Shown here piece after piece: positions 54,101 to 64,000 of a DNA stretch of 64,000 nt. Origin of the DNA: Botryllus schlosseri (taxonomy: Eukaryota). The translations under genes were made by a program, and so were the position numbers. The stretch spans positions 26,414,001 to 26,478,000 of the forward strand of contig CM119372.1 in assembly GCA_051294905.1 (NCBI GenBank), written 5' to 3'. Within the stretch, counting starts at the first letter, position 1, and each line of letters starts with the position of its first letter. The notes below the pieces were generated by a model that had not been told where the DNA came from, did not search any database, and saw nothing but the letters and a program-made list of their open reading frames with translations.

Positions 54101-55264
54101 GAAGAAATTTTAGTCAAGAATTCTTTTTGTGTTAGTGGCTGTTTTCAAAGATTGCTGAAGTAGTCATCGTTGATCTTGATAATCAAATAGAATTGGCGAT
54201 TGAAGTCAGTTCTCTAGTCATATAATATTAAAAAATATAATAATAAAAACTTGAAAACTTGAGTGGAAATAGTCCAGAATCAAATCCATTTTAGTAAGTA
54301 TGGGTGAAAAAAATGTAGGAGTCATTCTTTACTCGCTACCTCTGCCATTTTCGCAGTACGAATGTCTTAGCTAATAATCGTCATTTTCATTTTATTTCTA
54401 CAGGGTGTTGAAAAGAAAACGCCAGAGGGATTATCATCATCAGACGATGAAGCCTTCTGATTACTGACTGTTCTCATAGTTTCATTCATTGCTACTTGAC
54501 CCTTCAAGTAATTTCGTTCGTTTCATTTTTTACACCGGCATTATTTACTTGCCAATTCGTTTTGAATTAAATTACCGCAAATGTGATTAATATGTAGTAG
54601 ATAATATGGTGTGTGTGTGTGTACGCAGCCGTGATCAGGTTATGCCCAGTGGTAGAAAACAGGTTATTATATCAGGATATTCTTTTAATGTAGGATCTAC
54701 ATTCTACTCACCATGTTTAAAGGCTGTAGCATCTGCATAATATTCACATTATTGAAGGACATGGAAAAGACATTGAATTGAGTCGACACAAAATCCCCCT
54801 TTCTACGACCTGCCGAGATCTAATATCTACTATATCGGTCTCGGCTTTCTACATCTTTGGTCTGTACTGTGTTTACTGGGTATGCGACAGGGGTCTTGGA
54901 CTTATGACATGGTTCCCGGATATAAACGGCCATTTCCTGCATTCTCCACCTTTTCTCGCATGCTTTTAAATAAATGCCTACACTTTATAAATTGGGAGCA
55001 TTATACTATCCGTCATATATATGCTGCTATTAGTTTTCAGCATTTTTTTTATTGCTGCAATATACTTTGATATTTTCCAATTGCAGACAATATCGCTTGG
55101 TGTCTTATCGACACATACTGGAATGGATTATTGATGGCGACGTTTTGGGTAGCAAAAACAGGATGCCCTTGCCAGCCTGCATTGTGACTGCTATAAGGCA
55201 AAAGTACCCTAGTGATGATGGACTGTATGTCGGTTTCAAATGGCCGATAGAAAACGAACTGTGA
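48155..55264 (+). CDS. KolX-like / P2X7 cytoplasmic-ballast-like Cys-rich protein; predicted exons 48155-48325, 48386-48672, 55087-55264 (about 211 aa)
   Basis: PYQLEP; WCSCLNCACMPNQNERVCCREI; CITEHDDF; then after a phase-2 GT-AG intron (AA|GTGGGT ... TTGCAG|A) YRLVSYRHILEWI..LGSKNRMPLPACIVTAIRQKYPSDDGLYVGFK. Motif order matches the Zn-binding ballast-like domain. The 60-bp first intron (GTAAGT...AAAG) is in frame and less certain. Confidence 0.85.
48721..48919 (+). mobile_element. 5'-truncated SINE with conserved core (Meta-domain-like) and (CT)n tail
   Basis: GGTCATACCAAAGACTCGAAAAATGGTATCCGCAGCTATCCTGCTAGGCGCTCAGCA resembles a widespread metazoan SINE central domain (recalled, not searched); ends in a TC dinucleotide run. 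Confidence 0.65.
49904..50763. mobile_element. Foldback-type MITE (GG...CC termini, 8-bp TSD; Mutator- or Merlin-like), 860 bp
   Basis: TSD ATCTGCCC (49896-49903, 50764-50771); about 36-bp imperfect TIR GGTTACCAGTGAACTCGGCACTTAGTGAATTCGGCC / GGCCGAATTCACCAAGTGCCGAGCTCATCGGCAACC; AACTCGGC repeats. Confidence 0.85.
51821..52286. mobile_element. hAT MITE, 466 bp
   Basis: TIR CAGGGTTGTAA / TTACAACCCTG; perfect TSD CTTCATGC; many GAGTC/GACTC subterminal repeats. Confidence 0.92.
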
Positions 55265-55584
55265 TTGATGACACTACGGCTCTGCATATAAGTCTAAAGC
55301 AGTTCAGTAGCTGTATTAGACACTGAACTGGAACTTTTTGCATTCTATATTCCACCGATGGCTGCTGTGCCTGATACATCACTACTTTGCTTACTCGTTA
55401 TTTAGTAAAAATGCAATTTTTAATAAATAACAGAAACATCCGAGGAATATATAGCCAGGGTATTACAACGGGGAAGTCAGGCAGTGGAAGAATGAAATTG
55501 GGGTAGTAAGCTACGCAGCACGCCATACAACTCGAAGATGTACAGTAGAGATGTATTGTATTGTATCTCAGTCACGTTCTAGAA

Positions 55585-55655
55585 CAGTGGTTCTTAAACT
55601 TTTTAGAATGTAGAACGACGTAATTCCTCTTTAGGGGGGAGGGGGGGGGGGGGCT
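55585..55655 (+). mobile_element. Solo hAT terminus abutting the 3' end of the transposase remnant
   Basis: TTCTAGAA followed by CAGTGGTTCTTAAACTTTTT; no partner end nearby. Confidence 0.55.
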
Positions 55656-57857
55656 GGTTCTGGTTCAATGCTGACTGGATGCACACTTCTTGAAATGTTA
55701 CTGGGGAAGTTGATGCCAGCGCGATTCTCAGTAGTTCGCCTCAAAAGCTCTCTCGCATCGTGGTTCGTCTTCTTTTAATGCACGTTTTTCAAGATCCACT
55801 CTTTTGCTGACCGAGAGTAACTTTTTTTTGCATCGTAGAACGCCTGCTTAAACAAATATAGAGTAAGTAACTAAGTACCTTGACTTGCAAACATTTCATC
55901 TGCACAGCAAACCTGCTCGTGTCACCGCCTGAAATCTACCAACATTCTCATTGTGGTCCAGGACAGCCAATTTGGTTCGTGCAAGCATCGTTTCATAAGT
56001 TAAATGAAGACGTTTAGGTGCAAATTTCAATATGACGTTGTGATAAACTTCCAAAGATCCTAAAAAAGGAAGGTGTGAATTGTAATGATCTGACCATGCT
56101 GCGATAACTGGTGTGCAGATGTGATGAGTCATACAAATTACCAGTATGTTTGAACAGAGTCATCTGCTCCAAATCCCGGATCAAACTTTTGTTTTCTATC
56201 AAAGATTTCGATGCTTTGAAACTAGGAGATCCACATTGCAACCATCTAGTTCTTAGGCACTGATCCCCAGTCAAAATGCCATGTCCACTCATGTTCGCCG
56301 GTGATGTGACGCAGAAGAGATTACCATATTCTTTTTAGCACCTGCAATTGCATATTGTTATATAAAAAGTTCCTAATATGTGATGTCAGACGTAGTTGAT
56401 ATGTAGACTTACACTGCTATCTTGACCACAATGCTGACAGCACCACCACAAGTGATTAGTGATGCTTCTTGTCCATGGTAGCAAGTCTTCCATAGCTTTC
56501 TTCTTACCCAGAGACACCAACTTTTTTTCAGTGCTGAGAAATGGTTAGTAAGGCAAAAGAAGATTCAAATAATAACAGTATTCAGTTACCTTTGCAGACA
56601 TGCCACACATCAAACTGGTGATTGATTGATGGATATTTATCCTTCAACAATTTCCTGATGCTTGGTGCCCGGTCAGTCACAACGGTTTCAATCGACAAAC
56701 CTTGAGCAAGTAATGCATCCAAGGCACGCTCCATACCAACTTTTTCCATTGCAACACTGCTGGAGCACTCTGTTTTTTGAACCAATTGGACGTGGACAAT
56801 CTTCTCAGTCTTCTCTTCCATAAATGAATAAACCATATATTTTGCAGAATACCCAAGTGAGTCTGATCGCCCATCACCGTAATTGGTTTACATTGACTCT
56901 TCATCTCCCGTAAGACATCCTCCATATGTTCCTCATAGTAGGTCGCAATAGTTGGCAAAATATATTGTGCGATTGTATATCATAAAAACGACGTTCCGAA
57001 ATGTAGTTAGTGTCCAGTATTTTGAAAAAATCTGCAATATCAGTGTACGTGGCTCCCGAATATATCGTCGCGCCAACAGCCGAAAGGTTCATTGCAGACA
57101 TATTTCTAATTTCTGGTGAAGAATTCCAGATCCTGGTTTCAGAGCAGTTGTGGCATACAATTGCCATGGACATATGAGTACCCTTGTACGACGTCCTAAT
57201 TTCAGTCTTTGAACAGCATAGCTGATAAAGGTGTACATAAAGAAGATGCACATGTCACAAAGTGCTGCAACATGACTTACTTCACACTTGCTGAATGCGT
57301 ATCGAAGTAGTTGTTGAAATACCAGAATTGTCCTACTTTCATCAATTTGTTGACTGTTTGTCGCATCTTCACTACACAGGCTTGTTTCAACATTTGAAAG
57401 AGGCTCGATCGTGCTGAGTGACGACGTAATGCTGAAGTCCTTGGTAACAAAATGATGGGTTGTTATTTTGATGTACTGTGATTAGAAAAGTAGCAGGGCT
57501 ATCTCACGTCACAATCACCTTTCCTGCGTTTAGAAACGGGGCTTTTAAACGGATCAGCAAGAGTTCTCCTTGGTTCTTTCAAGTTTATTGGAGTCAACCG
57601 AGAAATAATGTTATGGAACACATTAGCCTGACTTTGTAGAAAGTTGGTATACCCGTCACCACCTTGAACACAGGCGATTTTGTATTGCCGGATGAACGGC
57701 AAACTGGTGTCATGAAGTCGGAGTCTGATGACTGAATAGAAATATGTTGAAGATATTAATACGCACGGTATGATATGGGATATCTACTTACATGACTCGA
57801 TTCAGTAGCTGCACCAGCAAGAAGTTCACGAGGGAGTCTTCTCACCAAAATCTACAG

Positions 57858-59048
57858 CAGAGGTCTCAAACTCAAATGTGCTCGCGGGCCAGTTTTCCAG
57901 TTTTGACGACAATGCGGGCCGCAGCATTTGTAGGTGTATTTTATGCCTTTCCAAGTAGGCCTTATTTGGCGGGAATGAATTGTCCTATTGAAGTGAGCCG
58001 ATCCAACAGACTGACAGTAAACACAGATCGCCAAACTTTGATTTACTCTTGCATCAATTTAGACCTGACACGAAAAGAATCATCACATTTATAACTATTT
58101 GAATGGAATTGTTGTTGTACTTGATATATATTAATTATATGATATAGACACCATATGGCCGGACAAATGTATGGTGCCATCATGAATGCTATCGGGTGAT
58201 AATTTTGCAGCTACTATGAATATTTTCAATTTAACAGATTGATAATAGAGACTGATCTGATATCAAAACATTTTTAGGTTGAGCATTGTAATTCCAATCC
58301 AGGATTCAGGTATACTTCTGATAAGTAGGCTATTAATCTCGTGTCCAAATATCTTCAAATATAGGAGCAGAAAAAATATAAATATAATATAAATATATTA
58401 ATGAATGTGTCCCAGTGATTGAAATGTCGGAACGCCCAACGCCCCATTATTGTTATATCGTTGGAGCGTACCACCACGGTACTCGGTACCTTTAAGTGGC
58501 CTTAATAACATGATTTACCGACCAAAGATGTAACTAACAGATTGCCAATAGTTGCCATAACTACTTGCTTAGTTAGCGAAATACCAAGCTGCGACCTTCT
58601 GATTTAATACTATTCCCCTGATGCGCGATAATTTTGTTGCGTCCATGGTTCTGACAAATTCACGGCATTCCGAGTCACTCCGAGTCCACTCGAGTCATTT
58701 TCATTTTGTCATTGAGTTAGCCCGAGTCTGCGTAATTCTAAGAAAGGTCGCGTCCAAGTCCAACTCACAAATTTCAGTCACGAATCGTCTTAGGGTCAGG
58801 TTTTGTCATCATGCATTGGAAATGTGGCGTAATAGTGAATCTTTCACTGCATGGTAGCGTTTGCAATTGATGTGATCGTGAAGTTTGATGAATAGTTTCA
58901 GGCTTTCGGAGCAATGTAAGAGGGAATTTTCACTTTATAAGCTGAAAAGATATATGTGACACTTAGATATTGTCAAATTAATAAAAATCTAAAATGTCGC
59001 TGCGGGCCGCCCAAAATGCTCTGGCGGGCCGCGTGTTTGAGACCTCTG
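57858..59048. mobile_element. Non-autonomous hAT element, 1191 bp
   Basis: TIR CAGAGGTCTCAAAC / GTTTGAGACCTCTG; TSD ATCTACAG / ATCTACAA; GCGGGCC subterminal repeats. Confidence 0.92.
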
Positions 59049-59162
59049 ATCTACAATATTTGTCAAATAATAACCATCAAGTGGACAAATTGGGGTCACT
59101 GTGCAAGTGCACTAACTGCAATCTTAGACAAAGCTTTTTTCATGCAATTCCAATGACTACAC

Positions 59163-60811
59163 CAAGGGTCGGCAACCTTCGGCCCGCGGGCCGGATCCGG
59201 CCCGCCAAGCGAAATCGTCTGGCCCGCGACATGATAATTAGTTATCAAGAGAATGCGACCCGCCGTTTCCCGTGGAGTTCCAAACTGCAGTGTTGGCACT
59301 GTTTGGAAATAGTGTGGTATTTCTACTATATCAAAACACCCTAATAGACCATTGTTACGCCATAAAACTGTCTCGAAAACGATAGATTATAGTTATAGTA
59401 TCTCGTACCAAGTAATTACGAGATTGTCTGCAGAGTAAACTCGTAGAGTAGACCAGTTCTCTTCATCCAGATGTATCGTACACCCGAAAGTGTGACTTAA
59501 TTTTAGAAGGGCGTACCAGTATACGATGCACCGCATTACATTAGACCAGGGGTCACCAACACGCTGCCAGGTGTGTTTTTGCAGCCCGCGACCTTGTTTC
59601 AGATTTCGGAAAATGTATATCAATATTGTATTTCTAAATGCTTGAAATACTATTTGTAAAAATCTTGATCGTTTCCGCAAAGATTATTCTCTCGCTTTCA
59701 ACATCACCATTTTGCGCTAAAAATGACTTCGACATTACATATAGCGTGCTCGCAAAAGACGACAGGCCGATGAAACTGAATTCACCTCGCCCACCATGCC
59801 CTTACTAGCAACTAGATAGCCATGGTCAACACAATGCAGTGGTTATCAACCGCGGGTCCGCGAAGCACTTTCAGGAGGCCCGAAAAATCTCTAAACCTCT
59901 TAATAGCATGATGTAGATTCTGTAGTATGCCCTGCACTCGATAGCTGGCCGCGCTTTTGCTGCGACTGGATGCTGATATGTCGTTGATTTGCTGGTGTCA
60001 AGACCACTTGGAGATGTTCTGGCAGTCTCGAGCGTAAGGTAGATCCAATATGTCGGTGATTCCCAACCTTTTTGTTTTCACAGAACCCTTTTGAACGATC
60101 ACGCACCCCCGCGGACCCCCCAGTTCAAGTTCAAATTTAGCTCAATTGTCGTGCCACCGTCTTATGCAAATATTAACTTAAACAGAATATGCATCATGCT
60201 ATGATAAATACCGTCAAGATAGTGTAAAGGTGAAGCGTCCGGCTTCTTGATCGGTAGATTGCGGGTTTGATTCCTGGCCGGATCTGATCAAGGACCTGAT
60301 TAGTAACGCTGGGTGCAAGACTTGGAAATCCACCTTCCTTGTCCAGCGGCATATGCACATCCACGCACTGATGGTATGCGTATGCAGTATGCACAGATCG
60401 CGTATTTGTAGGCCTATATCATGAATGGGTGTGTATGCCGCAAAAAAAATCAATGACAAAAATGGACTATGTCCTTTCCTTTCAATACGTATAATTATTA
60501 GTGCTGTATTAAGGTAAAGCAGCGATTCTTTTTAACAATATTTTTACCACACGTGTAGACGACAACACGTTACATTGATATAATGCCTTTTCACCTTAGC
60601 TAAAAGCTCATCAGATGCCAAATATTAGGTGTTGACAATAAAATCGTGCGGCCCGCGACGTCTATCAAGTTGGGAAAGTGATCCTAGACTAATTTGAGCT
60701 GGCGACCCCCTAAAGTGAGTGTGAATTATAGTAAAAATGAAAATTCCGGCCCGCCAAAGAGTTGTACAATCGATGTCTGGCCCGTGACTAGCAAAAGGTT
60801 GCCGACCCATG
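59163..60811. mobile_element. Non-autonomous hAT element, 1649 bp, containing further hAT-end fragments (about 59547, 59837, 60054)
   Basis: TIR CAAGGGTCGGCAACCTT / AAGGTTGCCGACCCATG; perfect TSD GACTACAC; GGCCCG subterminal repeats. Confidence 0.92.
60218..60400 (+). mobile_element. Probable tRNA-derived SINE remnant
   Basis: A-box-like TAGTGTAAAGG and B-box-like GGTTTGATTCC at tRNA-like spacing, without a proper cloverleaf; 3' boundary approximate. Confidence 0.45.
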
Positions 60812-61782
60812 GACTACACAACAAAGACGCTACACACATATTCATGCAAGTATACCTTCTCAAATCAATTAACTCAAGTGTACTTACTTGAAGCTTCTGC
60901 GTGGAAGGTTTTTTTTTGATGGCTGTATTAGATTTCGATTCAATAAAATCTGAATCCGATGACTGAAAGAAAACGTTGCAAATGCCTATGGAATCATTGT
61001 TATGTGAAATTGAAAACAAGGACTTACATTGCAAGATTAATTGAGTTTTGGTGACTATGGAGATTCTTTAATTGCTGTTGTTTTCGCAACTGTCTGTCGA
61101 GATAAAAGTCATATAATGCATATAGGGAACTTTAAATATAGTTACCCACCAATACCTTAGACTTGGTGGGCTTCCCACCAATCAATTTCGAACATGTTGA
61201 GCCCATAAAATCCGAGTCAGATGACTAAACAGAGAGGACCAAAAGTCAATCCAACACGTCTTAGGGGAAAGCAAATGCAGCCTTACTTGACAAGATTCCT
61301 CCAAAGATTGATCTTTCTTCAAAACTATAGTCAATTTGTGATCTGTTACGTTCTTGGTTTTATAGAACTTCTTCGTAAGATACATCGAAGGTACAGCTTC
61401 TGTCAATAAATACAAAGGAACATTATATAAATATACACAGGAGTTTGCTAGAGATGATTGCCACCAACCCTTTTTAAGTCGTCGGCGCTTGCTATTTCCT
61501 TTACGATGACGAGTAAAATCGCCCCTCTTGAAATGCTTACTGCATACAAATTTTTTTTTTCTGCTTTTTCTTGGTCAACGAGATTCCTATGGCACTAAAC
61601 CACTGTCGTCTTAGTGCAATTTCAGAAGGAATTTTATGAAGAGTATGCGATGCGTCATTCCTTTTGACATCACACGATGTAACGGCACAGCTTGTCGATG
61701 TCATTGCAGCTTGCAATAATGTCAATGTATATTGTATATACTATTACGAAGACTCTGGGTAGAGCAAGACAATACCGTAGAC

Positions 61783-61986
61783 CAGTGCTTTTCAACCTTT
61801 TTGAGCTCCATTCGTACTTTTTTTGAAAAACAATTTAATTCGCACCAGCCAGCTGGAATTTATTACACGAAAAGAAAATGAAAAGCTTATCACTTTTGTA
61901 TTTGTAGAGCTCCCTGTAGGTACAGAGCGTCATTATTTCACATTCAGCGTATCGTATTGCTGATTAGTCAAATACTAAAATCACTG
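61783..61986. mobile_element. Degenerate hAT MITE
   Basis: CAGTGCTTTTCAACC ... CTAAAATCACTG; flanks CCGTAGAC / CAGTAGAA (6/8). Confidence 0.55.
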
Positions 61987-62483
61987 CAGTAGAAAACAAC
62001 CGCTGTATCCCGTCTGGCAATTCTTAACCTCAATCTTCCTCGCTAATCCCCTGGGATATCGAACAAAAGAACTATCGCTGGCTTCCCGCCTGATGAAAGT
62101 TGCGAGTTGAGTGACTTTGCGCCTGATTAGCTCCTGTTATTAAATATAAAGATGACTATAACCCTTCAAGTCGATGTACCACCATACAATCTATTCTTAA
62201 GCCTACTTGGTGTTAGAACGGCTGGCCTACTGAAATTATGTCAATATGAAACTATTGATTGTTGCGATATTGAATTCCTATATCTATAAATGCATATTTT
62301 CAAAATGCTGATTGTCAGCAATCTCTGACACGCCGTGCTGAAATCGTACTAGCAAAATCGTAATACTCTACGGGTTTATGTAACCCTATTGTATATGGAA
62401 TTACAATTTTATCAAAATCTTTCTTTCTTGGCCACAAGAAATGTCCACCCACGTCCCACACCCATACGTGTGACAAATGAAAT

Positions 62484-62874
62484 AATTTACGGATTGATTC
62501 GGTGAATCGAATTACGATCTCATGTCCGTAATTGAATACGGCGTAAATAACAGTAAATTTCGTTACGACCACGCATGTAAACTCGTTTACTGCTCAAAAA
62601 GTGTAAATTTACGGATTGATTCGGTGAATCGAATTACGATCTCATGTCCGTAATTGAATACGGCGTAAATAACAGTAAATTTCGTTACGACCACGCATGT
62701 AAACTCGTTTACTGCTCAAAAAGTGTAAATTTACGGATTGATTCGGTGAATCGAATTACGATCTCGTGTCCATAATTGACTACGGCTTAAATAACCGTAA
62801 ATTTAGTTACGATCACGTATGTAAACTCGTTTACTGCTCAAAAAGGTGTGAATTTACGGATTTTTCTAACAGTG
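62484..62874. repeat. 3 x 122-bp tandem repeat ending in a CACTG-type transposon terminus
   Basis: Units start at 62484, 62606 and 62728 with a partial fourth at 62851; ends ...TTTTTCTAACAGTG (reverse complement CACTGTTAGAAAAA), as in CACTA/EnSpm-like ends. Confidence 0.85.
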
Positions 62875-62979
62875 TATGCCAATATCTCTCTAAGTACAAT
62901 AGCCAGGTAAAAGTTATTGCGTGCAATCGATGTAACTTTCAGAGTTATACAATCTGATACCGGAATTGTAGCTCTAGGC
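62875..62979 (-). repeat. Orphan inverted fragment (105 bp) of the 159-bp satellite
   Basis: TATGCCAATATCTCTCTAAGTACAATAGCCAGG...TCTGATACCGGAATTGTAGCTCTAGGC is the reverse complement of the monomer with a handful of substitutions. Confidence 0.95.
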
Positions 62980-64000
62980 CAGTGGTTCTCAACCTTTTTC
63001 ACCTCGCGGACCGGTAAAATTTCAAAAAAATATTTTGCGGACCGGTGGACTTTCAGAAATTGAAATCAACCCCAAATGTAGAGTATGAAGCCGTTTTTTG
63101 CAAGTATATGGTGCTAGAGAGTGACATTTTAGGGTTTGGATCGTAATTAATTATGTTCATGATGGTATCCATGAGATTTTTCGGTAGTGAGTCTGCTGCG
63201 TCAAGGTAAAATTGCCTTGGCCAGATAAACGTGCGACCGCGGACAGTCGTTTAAAGTCTTTCGCCCCGTATGCCCTGGATTTAACCGACCATGTCAACTC
63301 GAATAAAATTATTCTCTTCGACAATATCGTGAGAAGAAGTGTTTGGGAGTCGAACCAAGCACCTTGTCGTGCTACCTTGCTGAAAGCTGATTGCTCACTA
63401 CCACCAGACGTAGGCTACTCTGGCTACTACGGATTCAATGTGCCGCACGAAAACACCTGTCAACAGCTATACCTGGCCAATGGCCATACACAAAACCAGT
63501 GCCGAAAAGGCACTTTGTCAGTCAACCCCTGAAAAACGTTAGTTTTTGGCCCCACAGCTAGATGGATGCTCTCACCACTGCTTGAGAGCACATCCGTTCT
63601 ACTAAGTGCCGGCAGAGAGTCTACGTAGCCTAATCGCTAAAAGCGTGGAAATTTTCTATAATTCATGACCAAATCCGTCAATAATATTGGTAATTGCGTA
63701 TATATTGCTATATTTTATTTTATCCTATCAGAATCAGATTCTCCGGTAGAGCTGAGTGAGGTGTCGTCTTGGAAAATTTATGGCATGTAATTAAATTAAA
63801 CATATTCGGGCTGGACTGTCAGTAATAATTACTTTGTTGCATGTCATTAATTCATGACCTACTGTCTGTTACATAGTGAATAGATATTGAAATCGCCCAA
63901 GCGTACTAAGCTAAAAGAAGCACACGATTCCAAATTGCTATTTCTTCACAGGAAAATAACTTTCTCTGTGGGATGGCGTTTTTCCTGTGGGGTACAGATT
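62980..64000 (+). mobile_element. hAT element left end; probably extends beyond the window
   Basis: CTCTAGGC followed by CAGTGGTTCTCAACCTTTTT and GCGGACC subterminal repeats; no right TIR seen in the window. Confidence 0.75.

Larger units (their letters stand above)
46070..61704. mobile_element. Kolobok-type DNA transposon, heavily invaded by other elements; right terminus not identified
   Basis: Candidate left end TTAA|AGGAGCACTGCACTC at 46066-46084; convergent KolX-like gene (+) and THAP-DDE transposase (-), the arrangement known for Kolobok elements. Confidence 0.7.
55660..61704 (-). pseudogene. Spliced THAP-domain + DDE transposase (Kolobok type), frameshifted
   Basis: THAP: MTSTSCAVTSC...LHKIP...RRQW.../VCSKHF...RLKK|EAVPSMY (69-bp intron 61400-61468; frameshift in an A run near 61555). 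Core: GDGRSDSLGYSAKY (about 56878-56837), SSVAMEKVG, VVTDRAPSI, HQFDVWHVCK, ITNHLWWC, KHTG|SLEVYHNVILKFAPKR...ARTKLAVLDHNENVGR. Further frameshifts near 56960 and 56880 and an in-frame stop near 55777. Confidence 0.88.

Noticed and set aside
48155..55264. A true P2X7 receptor gene
   Set aside because: Only the cytoplasmic Cys-rich domain is present; no transmembrane or ectodomain exons are seen, and it sits beside a transposase.
60218..60290. Functional tRNA gene
   Set aside because: Box A/B-like motifs only; stems do not pair properly and the B box is mutated, so a SINE head is more likely.

Overview
This is eukaryotic (animal-like) heterochromatin, not a prokaryotic locus. Positions 1-40612 are a very homogeneous tandem satellite of about 248 copies of a 159-bp monomer. 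It has higher-order structure, a variant sub-array, two single-monomer inversions whose junctions match hAT hairpin-excision footprints, and one 1173-bp hAT element with an 8-bp TSD. The giant ORFs there are artefacts of a 53-codon, stop-free monomer. Positions 40613-64000 are a nest of mobile elements: many non-autonomous hAT elements, a CR1/L2-like LINE fragment and SINEs. They also hold a large Kolobok-type DNA transposon with a frameshifted, spliced THAP + DDE transposase (minus strand) converging on an apparently intact 3-exon Cys-rich gene resembling KolX / the P2X7 ballast domain (plus strand). An inverted orphan satellite fragment at 62875-62979 carries a second hAT element at the same monomer position. 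All family calls come from motif recognition by eye; no database search was run.
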